DNA of 64,000 bases from Oligoflexia bacterium (GTDB taxonomy: Bacteria; Bdellovibrionota; UBA1018; CAIPTA01; JAALKR01). Every line of letters starts with the position of its first letter. Position 1 is the stretch's first letter. Shown one piece after another: positions 15,978-24,134 of the stretch. Below the pieces are notes generated by a model. That model saw nothing but the letters and a program-made list of their open reading frames with translations. It had not been told where the DNA came from and did not search any database. The stretch spans positions 13,381 through 77,380 of the forward strand of contig JAALKR010000005.1 of NCBI GenBank assembly GCA_011087955.1, written 5' to 3'. A program made the position numbers and the translations under genes.

Positions 15978-17378
15978 TTAAGGTTGAATTGCAGCGCCAA
16001 CATCCAAGCGACCGCCGCAAGAAACCTGGGTTGCAAGGCGTGGGTTGAGGCTGCCATCGCAATTGTCGAGAATACGATTACGAATCTGAGTATAAGTTTC
16101 TCCTGGGTACTCCGACCAAATCAATGCCGCTGCACCGGCCACGTACGGCGCAGCCATCGATGTTCCAGAGAGTGTTCGGTATTGGCCGTGAACATACGTA
16201 GAAAGGATATGCTCTCCGGGTGCCGCGATATCAACAGTAGTCAAACCATAGTTAGACCAGCCAGCGAGAAGATCGTTGTTATTTGTAGCAGCCACAGCGA
16301 TTATGTTATCTAGACCATATGAGGAAGGATAAATAGGCGAAGCATCATTGTTATTCCCACTGTTACCTGCAGCTGCGACAAAAAGAATGCCCTCGTCCCT
16401 TGCATATCTGATGGTCTCATACATAGCATCAGAGTAACTCTCGAAACTCAAAGAAGCATTTATGATATGCACCCCTCTAGTACTGGCGTAATAAGTGCCT
16501 TTAATCAAATTAACCAAACTTCCAGTACCCGAATTATTGACAACCTTAATTGGAACAATGCTAGCTGTCCAAGCAACCCCAGTGACACCAACGCCATTAT
16601 TACCATCCGCGCCAATTATCCCTGCAACGTGAGTTCCGTGACCGCTACCATCGAGTGGACGATTTGGAGCCTCCCCAGCAATAAAGTTCCAACCTCTCAA
16701 ATCGTCGATGTATTTGTTTTGGTCATCATCAATGTTGTTAGTCCTTTTATTGTTACCATTCGCATCCAGACCAAGCTCGCCGCCGTTGAGAGACATATTG
16801 TATACTAGGTCCCGATGATAATAGTGAACGCCTGAATCTAAAACGGCTACCAATACACCGGCTGATTTTGTCCGAATGTCCCAAGCCTGCCTCACGCCAA
16901 TATCAGCGCCTACTCTTCCAGGGTATCCAAGGACATCCTCTTGCCCCGTATTCTCTAATCCCCAAAGTAGTCCGAAGTCTGGCTCATTTGGGAGTAACAG
17001 AGGGGAAATTCCATCATTAACCGCCAAACGTACAATATAGTTTGGCTCCGCATAGCGCACGGCTGGGTGAGCATTCATTTTCTTTAGGAATATTTCTGCC
17101 TTTGCATCGTCTGCAATTTTAACTTCCACAAGCTCAGAATTTTCTTGGAAGACCTCAAATGATTGAATACCTAAATCTGCAGAGAAAATTGTGTTCATGA
17201 GTCCTCGCAATTTCGTGCCGTCCAGACCTACAATAAATTCCCCTGGGACGCGCTCATGCTCGAGCATAGCCTTGTACTTTGAATCGCTCTCTGCAGCATG
17301 ACCAGTCGCGCTAGTTCCTATTGCTCCTATCACTAGGGCTGCAGCGAACAGTACTGATAAAAAATTTCGATTGTGCAT
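15978..17378 (-). CDS. Secreted subtilisin-like serine protease (S8) with I9 propeptide and no C-terminal module (paralog 3)
   Basis: Catalytic motifs are intact: VAVLDSGVHY, GHGTHVAG, AAGN, GTSMAAPYVAG. It has the signal peptide MHNRNFLSVLFAAALVIGAIGTSATGHA, and GGAGGA lies 9 nt upstream. Confidence 0.9.
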   Translation of the reverse strand: MHNRNFLSVLFAAALVIGAIGTSATGHAAESDSKYKAMLEHERVPGEFIVGLDGTKLRGLMNTIFSADLGIQSFEVFQENSELVEVKIADDAKAEIFLKKMNAHPAVRYAEPNYIVRLAVNDGISPLLLPNEPDFGLLWGLENTGQEDVLGYPGRVGADIGVRQAWDIRTKSAGVLVAVLDSGVHYYHRDLVYNMSLNGGELGLDANGNNKRTNNIDDDQNKYIDDLRGWNFIAGEAPNRPLDGSGHGTHVAGIIGADGNNGVGVTGVAWTASIVPIKVVNNSGTGSLVNLIKGTYYASTRGVHIINASLSFESYSDAMYETIRYARDEGILFVAAAGNSGNNNDASPIYPSSYGLDNIIAVAATNNNDLLAGWSNYGLTTVDIAAPGEHILSTYVHGQYRTLSGTSMAAPYVAGAAALIWSEYPGETYTQIRNRILDNCDGSLNPRLATQVSCGGRLDVGAAIQP

Positions 17379-17529
17379 TTTTTATGATCCTCCTTGACCT
17401 TTAAATTAAGTTCTACTCCCTTAAGAAGGCTAGTCATTATGACTTATGATGTCAACTAATTATGCAACGCGAATCCCAGTAAATTGGATTATAATTTTAG
17501 GTAGTAAAAGTGGTTGAGGTTAATTAAAG

Positions 17530-19650
17530 GTGAAACGTAAGAAGAGGCGCGGGGCTACTTACCGGGGCCGAGTTTTCAAAAACGCCCGAGGCTTTGCCTT
17601 TGTCTCCCTAGACACAGTAACTCCACCTGTGGAGGAAGACGTATTCCTAGATGCGGACGAGGCCCACAACCTTTATAGCAACGACATCATTGAACTCGAA
17701 GTGATTCAGCCGAAAAGAGCCCGCCCTTATGGTCGAGTCCTACGAGTGCTCGAACGCGGTCTTGCAAACGCCGTTGGCGAATTCAAAATGGGCTCCTACG
17801 GCCCGGCCGTCGAAATAATTGGTAAAGGCATTGATTTTACGGCTTTAGTCATACCAACGAAACAAGTAGGGGCAATAACTCCTGGTTCAGCCGTTCTCGT
17901 GAAACTTCATTACGACAATGCCAACGCTACTGAGCCTATGGCTGAGGTCATAAAAGTTGTTGGAAGCTCCTTGGATTTCACAACCGATGATTTATACATC
18001 ATCTCTAAACACAAATTAGCTAAAGATTTCCCAAAATCTGTGGTGGACGAACTTAAAAAAATTCCCACAAAAGTTAACCTTAAAGAAATAAAAGGCAGAA
18101 AAGATTTTCGCAAACTTCCTTTCATTACAATCGATGGCATCACGGCCAAAGACTTTGACGATGCCGTCCTGGCCACTTGGAATGAAAATGACTCCATCAC
18201 GCTGCGAATTGCAGTTGCAGATGTGGCTCACTATGTGACGCCAGGGACCTCTCTAGACAAAGAAGCCTTTTCTAGAGGCAACTCTACTTACTTTCCTCAC
18301 ACTGTTATCCCCATGCTCCCAGAAAAACTATCCAATGGCATATGCTCTCTCAATCCTAAACAAGATCGACTGGCGATGGTTTGTGAAATTCAAGTGAATC
18401 CGAATGGAAAAATAAAATCTGAACGCTTTTATAACGGAGTAATTCATAGTCACCGGCGCTGCACTTACGAGGAAATTCAAGACTATTTAAAAAACGAAAA
18501 TTCTCTTAGGTTATCGAAGCCCATAAAATCTAATATTAAAGCTCTATATGAAGCCTATACTCGTCTGCGAAACGCTCGAATTCATAGAGGGACCATCGAT
18601 TTAGATATTGCAGAAACAATCGTAGAAGTAAACCAAACTGGAAAGCCCGTCGAAATCAAAAAATCAGATCGGCTTGACTCACACCGTCTCATTGAAGAAT
18701 GCATGATCGCTGCCAACGAAGCTATTGCAAGATTAACTGAGTCTTGTAAAGCTCGTTCCATCTACCGAGTTCATGATCATCCAGAGTCAGACGCAATTGA
18801 GCAATTCCAAAGCCTCGCAGAGAATTTAGGCGTGCAATTTCCCTCTTCTAACAATTCCTTAAATAAGCGTTACCAAAAATTTATTGCGACAATTAATAAC
18901 TCTAAAGCGAAAATGCCACTTTCGTTTCTTTTGCTAAGGAGTATGAAACAAGCTGTATATGGAGCCGAGAATCTAGGGCATTTTGCCTTAGCCTCTACGG
19001 CTTACTCGCATTTTACTTCCCCAATTCGCCGTTATCCAGATTTGATTGTTCACAGAATACTGAAACATATTTTGAGTTCAAAACAGAAAAATAAGTCAAT
19101 TAAATCCCTCCAATCAGACGAAGATTTAGATGAAATAGCCAAACACTGTTCTGCTAGAGAAAGAATTTCAGTGGACGCAGAACGGGAAATGAGCCGCCTC
19201 AAACAGGTGCGGTTTGCAAAAGAACACATCGGCTCGGAATATACGGGATTCATTACTGGATGCAATGCTCGCGGGGTCTTTGTCGAATTGGATGAAATAT
19301 ATGTAGAGGGATTCGTCGAAATATCTAGAGTTAGTCCAGACTATCATTTTGATGAACGTGGGCTTAAATTCTACCAACACGGCAGCGGCAAGAAAATTTG
19401 TGTAGGGGATCGAGTTCGTGTTTTAATCGCAAATGCTACGCCACACCTACTTCGAGTCGACCTCGAGCCTTTAGAAATTCCTTTGGGAATTACTATTTCT
19501 AACTCCAACCCCAAACACATGGCACGAGGAGCTCACAAACCGAAACAAAAGACTCGCAGATCAAAACGAAAATCTGATAGCGCCCGAGGGCCAGATGCTT
19601 TTTTAAAGCGCGCGGAAAAAGATAAGAAACGATCCGTTAAAAAGAAGTAA
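17530..19650 (+). CDS. rnr: Ribonuclease R
   Basis: 706 aa with a GTG start. It has an N-terminal cold-shock-like region, RNB domain motifs (ITIDG..AKDFDDAV; HFALAS..YSHFTSPIRRYPDL), a C-terminal S1 domain and a Lys-rich tail. Confidence 0.9.
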   Translation: MKRKKRRGATYRGRVFKNARGFAFVSLDTVTPPVEEDVFLDADEAHNLYSNDIIELEVIQPKRARPYGRVLRVLERGLANAVGEFKMGSYGPAVEIIGKGIDFTALVIPTKQVGAITPGSAVLVKLHYDNANATEPMAEVIKVVGSSLDFTTDDLYIISKHKLAKDFPKSVVDELKKIPTKVNLKEIKGRKDFRKLPFITIDGITAKDFDDAVLATWNENDSITLRIAVADVAHYVTPGTSLDKEAFSRGNSTYFPHTVIPMLPEKLSNGICSLNPKQDRLAMVCEIQVNPNGKIKSERFYNGVIHSHRRCTYEEIQDYLKNENSLRLSKPIKSNIKALYEAYTRLRNARIHRGTIDLDIAETIVEVNQTGKPVEIKKSDRLDSHRLIEECMIAANEAIARLTESCKARSIYRVHDHPESDAIEQFQSLAENLGVQFPSSNNSLNKRYQKFIATINNSKAKMPLSFLLLRSMKQAVYGAENLGHFALASTAYSHFTSPIRRYPDLIVHRILKHILSSKQKNKSIKSLQSDEDLDEIAKHCSARERISVDAEREMSRLKQVRFAKEHIGSEYTGFITGCNARGVFVELDEIYVEGFVEISRVSPDYHFDERGLKFYQHGSGKKICVGDRVRVLIANATPHLLRVDLEPLEIPLGITISNSNPKHMARGAHKPKQKTRRSKRKSDSARGPDAFLKRAEKDKKRSVKKK

Positions 19651-19695
19651 CCTGCCAAAAAGAAACGGAAATAGTGTACTCACGATCACAAATGC

Positions 19696-20862
19696 TCACA
19701 CACTATCCAAACCCCACCACCAAAGACGAATCGGAAACAGAGCATCAAGTGCAGCTGCGCTATCTGCGGGCAACGCCACCTGCTCCGAAGGCAAACGCGG
19801 GCCAAATATAAACTGCAAAAACTCCGACTCTGTCATACTTATGCCCGGACCAGTCGCCCACCCAAGCGTATAGGTTCCATCCTCCATCTCTTCCATCCGT
19901 AGGAAAGAAGACTTCATTGCCAAACGATTGATTCGTTTCACTACAACTTGACGTAACTTGTTGAAATCTAAAACCTTCACCATAGACATATACCCAAGAC
20001 TGCAATCGAACCCTGCGCCCTCTAAAAAATAAATAAACGGTGCCTCCCTGGGTGTAAATTGTGGCGCCAAAACGGTAATAGGATCTGTCTCAAGATCTGT
20101 TAGTGATTTGAGAATAGCAATCAGACCAAGTTCAGAACCAGCCCATTCATGTAAGTGGCCAGAAAGGTCAATCCCTTTACCAAACACACCATAAGCGATT
20201 AACTCTCCTTTTAAATGCGCGGATAGTACACGGCAGCCCCCACTAGAAACTAATGCCTTAAACTCTGCTTCATCTCGCTCTAATCTAAGTGAATGGGAAG
20301 TATATAACTTTAACCCTTCCTCGTATACATGACGAGCCCCCTCCAACACTTCAATCTTTCCAAAATCCGCCTGCTCATTTTCAGCAAACTGCTTTTGTAG
20401 CTCGGCTTCAATTTTTGATCCGGAATCAGGTGGGACAGCAATCGACCATTGAGCGCCAACTAACTCAAACCCAAACTTTCGAAAAAAATCATGCTCTCCA
20501 GACCAAAGGAAAGCTAAATCACATCCACCTTGCTTTAGGTCATCCAAACAGGATTCAATTACTGATTTAGCATATCCTTTTCCTTGATACTCATCGACAG
20601 TCGTTACCCCTCCAATTCCACCAACCCTGATGGAATCACTCTCTGAAAATAAATTCGATTGAATTGTGCCTGCATGAGAGGCCAGCTCCCTACCTGTCCC
20701 CGTATCTTCAAATATAGCGTACAAGTGCTCTGCATTCTTTTCCGAAAAAAATAATGGAAAATCTCGCGAAATTTTTTCTCCATCTGGATATTTAAATGCC
20801 TTCGAAACTAAATCGATAACCTGAATTAGCTCTTCTTTTCCAACACGTACGGGTTTTTCCAT
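19696..20862 (-). CDS. GNAT N-acetyltransferase, Eis-like (GNAT plus SCP2-like C-terminal domain)
   Basis: Contains the GGIGGVTTVDEYQGKGYAKSV acetyl-CoA motif. The 388-aa length and architecture are typical of the Eis family. Confidence 0.7.
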   Translation of the reverse strand: MEKPVRVGKEELIQVIDLVSKAFKYPDGEKISRDFPLFFSEKNAEHLYAIFEDTGTGRELASHAGTIQSNLFSESDSIRVGGIGGVTTVDEYQGKGYAKSVIESCLDDLKQGGCDLAFLWSGEHDFFRKFGFELVGAQWSIAVPPDSGSKIEAELQKQFAENEQADFGKIEVLEGARHVYEEGLKLYTSHSLRLERDEAEFKALVSSGGCRVLSAHLKGELIAYGVFGKGIDLSGHLHEWAGSELGLIAILKSLTDLETDPITVLAPQFTPREAPFIYFLEGAGFDCSLGYMSMVKVLDFNKLRQVVVKRINRLAMKSSFLRMEEMEDGTYTLGWATGPGISMTESEFLQFIFGPRLPSEQVALPADSAAALDALFPIRLWWWGLDSV

Positions 20863-20905
20863 ATGGACATTTTAACCTACATGTAAAAATTTTTTCACTT
20901 TTTAC

Positions 20906-20932
20906 TAAAGAGAAGCCTCCAGTCTCCGATTT
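20906..20932 (+). promoter_or_regulatory. Sigma-28 (FliA)-type promoter upstream of flagellin
   Basis: TAAAGAGA-N11-TCCGATTT versus the consensus TAAAGTTT-N11-GCCGATAA. It lies 63 nt upstream of the fliC ATG. Confidence 0.55.
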
Positions 20933-20995
20933 GATACACAAGGGTAGCAAGGAGCGCTACCCCAGTTGAATGAATCCCTCAAGGAGGAGTGGATT

Positions 20996-21844
20996 ATGGG
21001 CTTGCGAATTAATACAAACGTAGCGTCGATCAATGCACAGCGAACCTTGAACACCACAAGAGAGTCGTTGCAGAAATCTCTTGAGCGATTGTCTAGTGGT
21101 AGTCGAATCAATCGAGCCGGTGACGATGCAGCCGGCTTAGCAATCAGCGAAAACCTTAAGGCGCAAATACGAGGGCTAGAACAAGCTAAACGTAACTCAG
21201 CTGATGGTATCTCACTCGTACAAGTAGCGGAAGGAGGTCTAACTGAGATTCAGAATATCCTCATCCGATTACGAGAACTCTCCGTACAAGCAGCCTCCGA
21301 CACAATTGGTCCCAATGAAAGACAATTTTTGAACATTGAGTACGAATCCTTACTTGAAGAAATTGACAGAATTTCAAGCTCCACAGAATTCAACACAGTA
21401 CCACTATTAAATGGTCAAGGCACTGTGATCGATATCCAAGTAGGTACACGTAACAACCCTAACATTGATCAAATTACATTCGACCCTGCAGGGACAAACG
21501 TGTCCACAATCGCGCTGGGCCTGAGTCTTGCTAATGTACTGGATAAGAACTCTGCCCAAGGCTCTCTAGATTTTGTAGATAGAGCCATTAAACAAGTTTC
21601 AAGTGTTCGTGCAAATTTTGGTGCAATTCAAAACAGATTGCAATCCACTGCGCGGAATATTGCTATCAGTATAGAGAACTTGAGTGCTGCGAATTCTCGA
21701 ATCAGAGATACAGATATAGCAAAAGAGACTGCAGAACTTACTAAGCAGCAGATCCTGATGCAAGCAGGTGTGGCAGTACTCGGCCAAGCAAATAATGCTG
21801 GAAATGGAGCCCTACAGTTACTGGGCTCTATCCCAGGTGCCTAA
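20996..21844 (+). CDS. fliC: Flagellin
   Basis: MGLRINTNVASINAQR...LSSGSRINRAGDDAAGLAI at the N-terminus and ...TKQQILMQAGVAVLGQAN at the C-terminus. The ATG at 20996 is preceded by AAGGAGGAG. The track ORF begins at a TTG at 20966. Confidence 0.92.
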   Translation: MGLRINTNVASINAQRTLNTTRESLQKSLERLSSGSRINRAGDDAAGLAISENLKAQIRGLEQAKRNSADGISLVQVAEGGLTEIQNILIRLRELSVQAASDTIGPNERQFLNIEYESLLEEIDRISSSTEFNTVPLLNGQGTVIDIQVGTRNNPNIDQITFDPAGTNVSTIALGLSLANVLDKNSAQGSLDFVDRAIKQVSSVRANFGAIQNRLQSTARNIAISIENLSAANSRIRDTDIAKETAELTKQQILMQAGVAVLGQANNAGNGALQLLGSIPGA

Positions 21845-21935
21845 CAAATGGCTGCATAAATTAGTGCGCTTGCTAGTAGACGATTTCTAAGAGAGGAACG
21901 TGACAGACAGACAATTGAATCCTATTTCCTGCAAT

Positions 21936-21968
21936 GGTTCCGGCTCATGAGAGCCGGAACCGCTTTTT
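21936..21968 (+). terminator. Rho-independent terminator after fliC
   Basis: GGTTCCGGCTC-ATGA-GAGCCGGAACC (11-bp perfect stem) followed by GCTTTTT. Confidence 0.75.
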
Positions 21969-21992
21969 CGGAAACAAGGAGAGGTATATTAG

Positions 21993-22037
21993 CGTCTATC
22001 AAACGGATTCCGCATCAACAAAGCTGCTGATGATGCT
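21993..22037 (+). pseudogene. Relic of a second flagellin gene (15 codons of the conserved N-terminal motif)
   Basis: Hand translation gives (stop)RLSNGFRINKAADDA. The neighbouring fliC reads RLSSGSRINRAGDDA. The fragment is bounded upstream by TAG and runs in frame into the spurious TTG start of the 22041 ORF. Confidence 0.4.
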
Positions 22038-22070
22038 GTCTTGCCTCTTTTTTTTTGTTATTCTCTTTCT

Positions 22071-23048
22071 ATGGCAGCTAAGAAAAAGGCTAGAATCTTA
22101 ATCTTGGGTGCAAGCGGGTTTATCGGGTTCAATCTGGCGTATTATCTCCGGCATAAATACTCCGTGGTGGGGATCTATTTTCGTAACCATATAACGATCC
22201 CTGACGTCCATTGCATTCCAATAGATCTAAATAGTAAGAACATCATTGGTCGCTATATGCGTATGATTGAACCTGACTATTCGATCATGGCAGCTGGATT
22301 CAATGATCTAGCAGCAACTGAGAAGGATTTAAAAGTATCGGACACAATAAACACATACCTACCGCTCAATTTCGCCCAAGCTGCAGAAAACTCTGGGGTC
22401 AAAAATATTCACTTATCTTGTGCTCAAATATTTGACGGCACAGGATCAAAGGCAAAGCCAGATGAAACTCATTTCTCGGTAATGAATTTTGGATGCGCAA
22501 AAGCAGCAGCAGAAAGACTGATTCGATCCCAAACTACAGAGAGCACCACTTTAAGATTCGGCAAGGTAATTGGAATGAGCAACTTCTTCCGCCCTTCCTT
22601 ATTTGATGTCCTTCGATCCATAATAAAATTCGGCAAGCGCTATTATGTCGCTGATCATAAAACATATGACTATCTAAGCATTATCAGTTTGATCGATGCA
22701 GTTTATAAACTTCTGCAAAAACCTTTCCCATCCGATCACAGAACCTACCACGTAAGTGGCGTTTCAATGGATGAGATTGATATGATCCGAGAACTTGCAA
22801 AATTTCTGAATCTTGATTCAAACTTAATCCGCCAGCAAATCAACCCTCTCGAAGAAAATTCATCTAGTAGTTCGACTAAAAGAGATTACACATTAGACTC
22901 TAGTAATTTTGAGAGAGAATTCAATTGGGAACCAGAAACTCTAGATAAGCTGAAAGAAAACTTAAAAAAACAAATGACGCCCAAACTTAGCTCTGAAGTA
23001 GATTTCATTTTTCCAAGAAAAAGTTCTAGTATTGAGCAGACGATTTGA
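22071..23048 (+). CDS. SDR-family NAD(P)-dependent sugar epimerase/reductase (RmlD-like)
   Basis: KARILILGASGFIGFNLAYYL is a Rossmann GxxGxxG motif. The start is set at MAAKKK (22071). Confidence 0.6.
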   Translation: MAAKKKARILILGASGFIGFNLAYYLRHKYSVVGIYFRNHITIPDVHCIPIDLNSKNIIGRYMRMIEPDYSIMAAGFNDLAATEKDLKVSDTINTYLPLNFAQAAENSGVKNIHLSCAQIFDGTGSKAKPDETHFSVMNFGCAKAAAERLIRSQTTESTTLRFGKVIGMSNFFRPSLFDVLRSIIKFGKRYYVADHKTYDYLSIISLIDAVYKLLQKPFPSDHRTYHVSGVSMDEIDMIRELAKFLNLDSNLIRQQINPLEENSSSSSTKRDYTLDSSNFEREFNWEPETLDKLKENLKKQMTPKLSSEVDFIFPRKSSSIEQTI

Positions 23049-23589
23049 TAAATTCTGTAAACATATATCGCACAACACACTCAACATTAATTCGCTCTCC
23101 ATGGAATGTCCATGCAAGTTCGTTGAATGGAAACATTTGAGCGATCAAGTCATAGCCTTCCTTTTGTGTCTTAACCGGAGAGCCCTTAAAGTTGCTATGC
23201 CGTGAAATGAAAGCGAAATTAATCACGCCTAGTGCGGAATTTGAAATTACCAATTTTAAATTGTTGCGAAAAAGAATAAAATCATTTTCCGTATTGGATA
23301 CATTGAAGATCTTAACCGCATTCGGAAGATGCGCGCCACCACGGTAAGAATTGAATGCGTCCACGCAAGAGACAAATTCATTTTTCAAATGTTCCATAAA
23401 CTCATGAGTGATCTCATCCACCACCTTGCGATGATCCTGGTGTCCAAGTAGATCCCCAGTTCCTGTTCGAATTAGCTCTGCTTCATTACGCACTAAGCGT
23501 TTAACCCAAGACCAGTCCCCACTGGATTGAAGTTCAGGTTGACGTAAATAGCTTGGCTGCTTTTGCTCCGGTAGATATTCACCGTCCAT
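23026..23589 (-). CDS. Hypothetical protein
   Basis: 187-aa ORF. No family recognised. It overlaps the convergent SDR gene by 23 nt. Confidence 0.45.
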   Translation of the reverse strand: MDGEYLPEQKQPSYLRQPELQSSGDWSWVKRLVRNEAELIRTGTGDLLGHQDHRKVVDEITHEFMEHLKNEFVSCVDAFNSYRGGAHLPNAVKIFNVSNTENDFILFRNNLKLVISNSALGVINFAFISRHSNFKGSPVKTQKEGYDLIAQMFPFNELAWTFHGERINVECVVRYMFTEFIKSSAQY

Positions 23590-23648
23590 AGCAATCCCCC
23601 TACAACATATCTATGGCAATCCCTCTATATATAATCCAGGAATTCACC

Positions 23649-24134
23649 CTAACGTGTCAATAGAATGCGTTCCACACGGCGCATTCGACGGGCTTCTTTT
23701 TCATTTATTTCATGGTCATAGCCGAATAAATGCACGAGTCCGTGTATAAATAGACGAATTACTTCCGTATTTAAGTCAGCCCCTAGCTCTTCTACCCGCC
23801 TCTTTGCAGTTTCCATAGAGATAATAATATCGCCTAACATCCATTCAGGCCGAATACCTTGCTTGTATTGTACGCCCATCTCCTTTAATTCCTCTACTGT
23901 GTACTGCGGAAAGGATAAAACATCTGTTGACCGATTTTTCTTACGCCAAAGACGATTAACCTCTTCAATTCCTTTGTCATCAGTAAGAACAAGGGAAAGC
24001 TCAGCTTTTTTTAGAGCCGTTGCTCCCGGCACCCGTCGGCCGGACAGCTTCCGTAATATGCTTGACGTTAGGGCCTGAAGCTTGCTTTTGAGTTCCCGAC
24101 TGACCCGAACCTGACTTTGAATCCGCAGCTGCAT
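23649..24134 (-). CDS. ybeY: rRNA maturation endoribonuclease YbeY
   Basis: Contains STDVLSFP and the zinc motif HGLVHLFGYDH. 161 aa. Confidence 0.88.
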   Translation of the reverse strand: MQLRIQSQVRVSRELKSKLQALTSSILRKLSGRRVPGATALKKAELSLVLTDDKGIEEVNRLWRKKNRSTDVLSFPQYTVEELKEMGVQYKQGIRPEWMLGDIIISMETAKRRVEELGADLNTEVIRLFIHGLVHLFGYDHEINEKEARRMRRVERILLTR

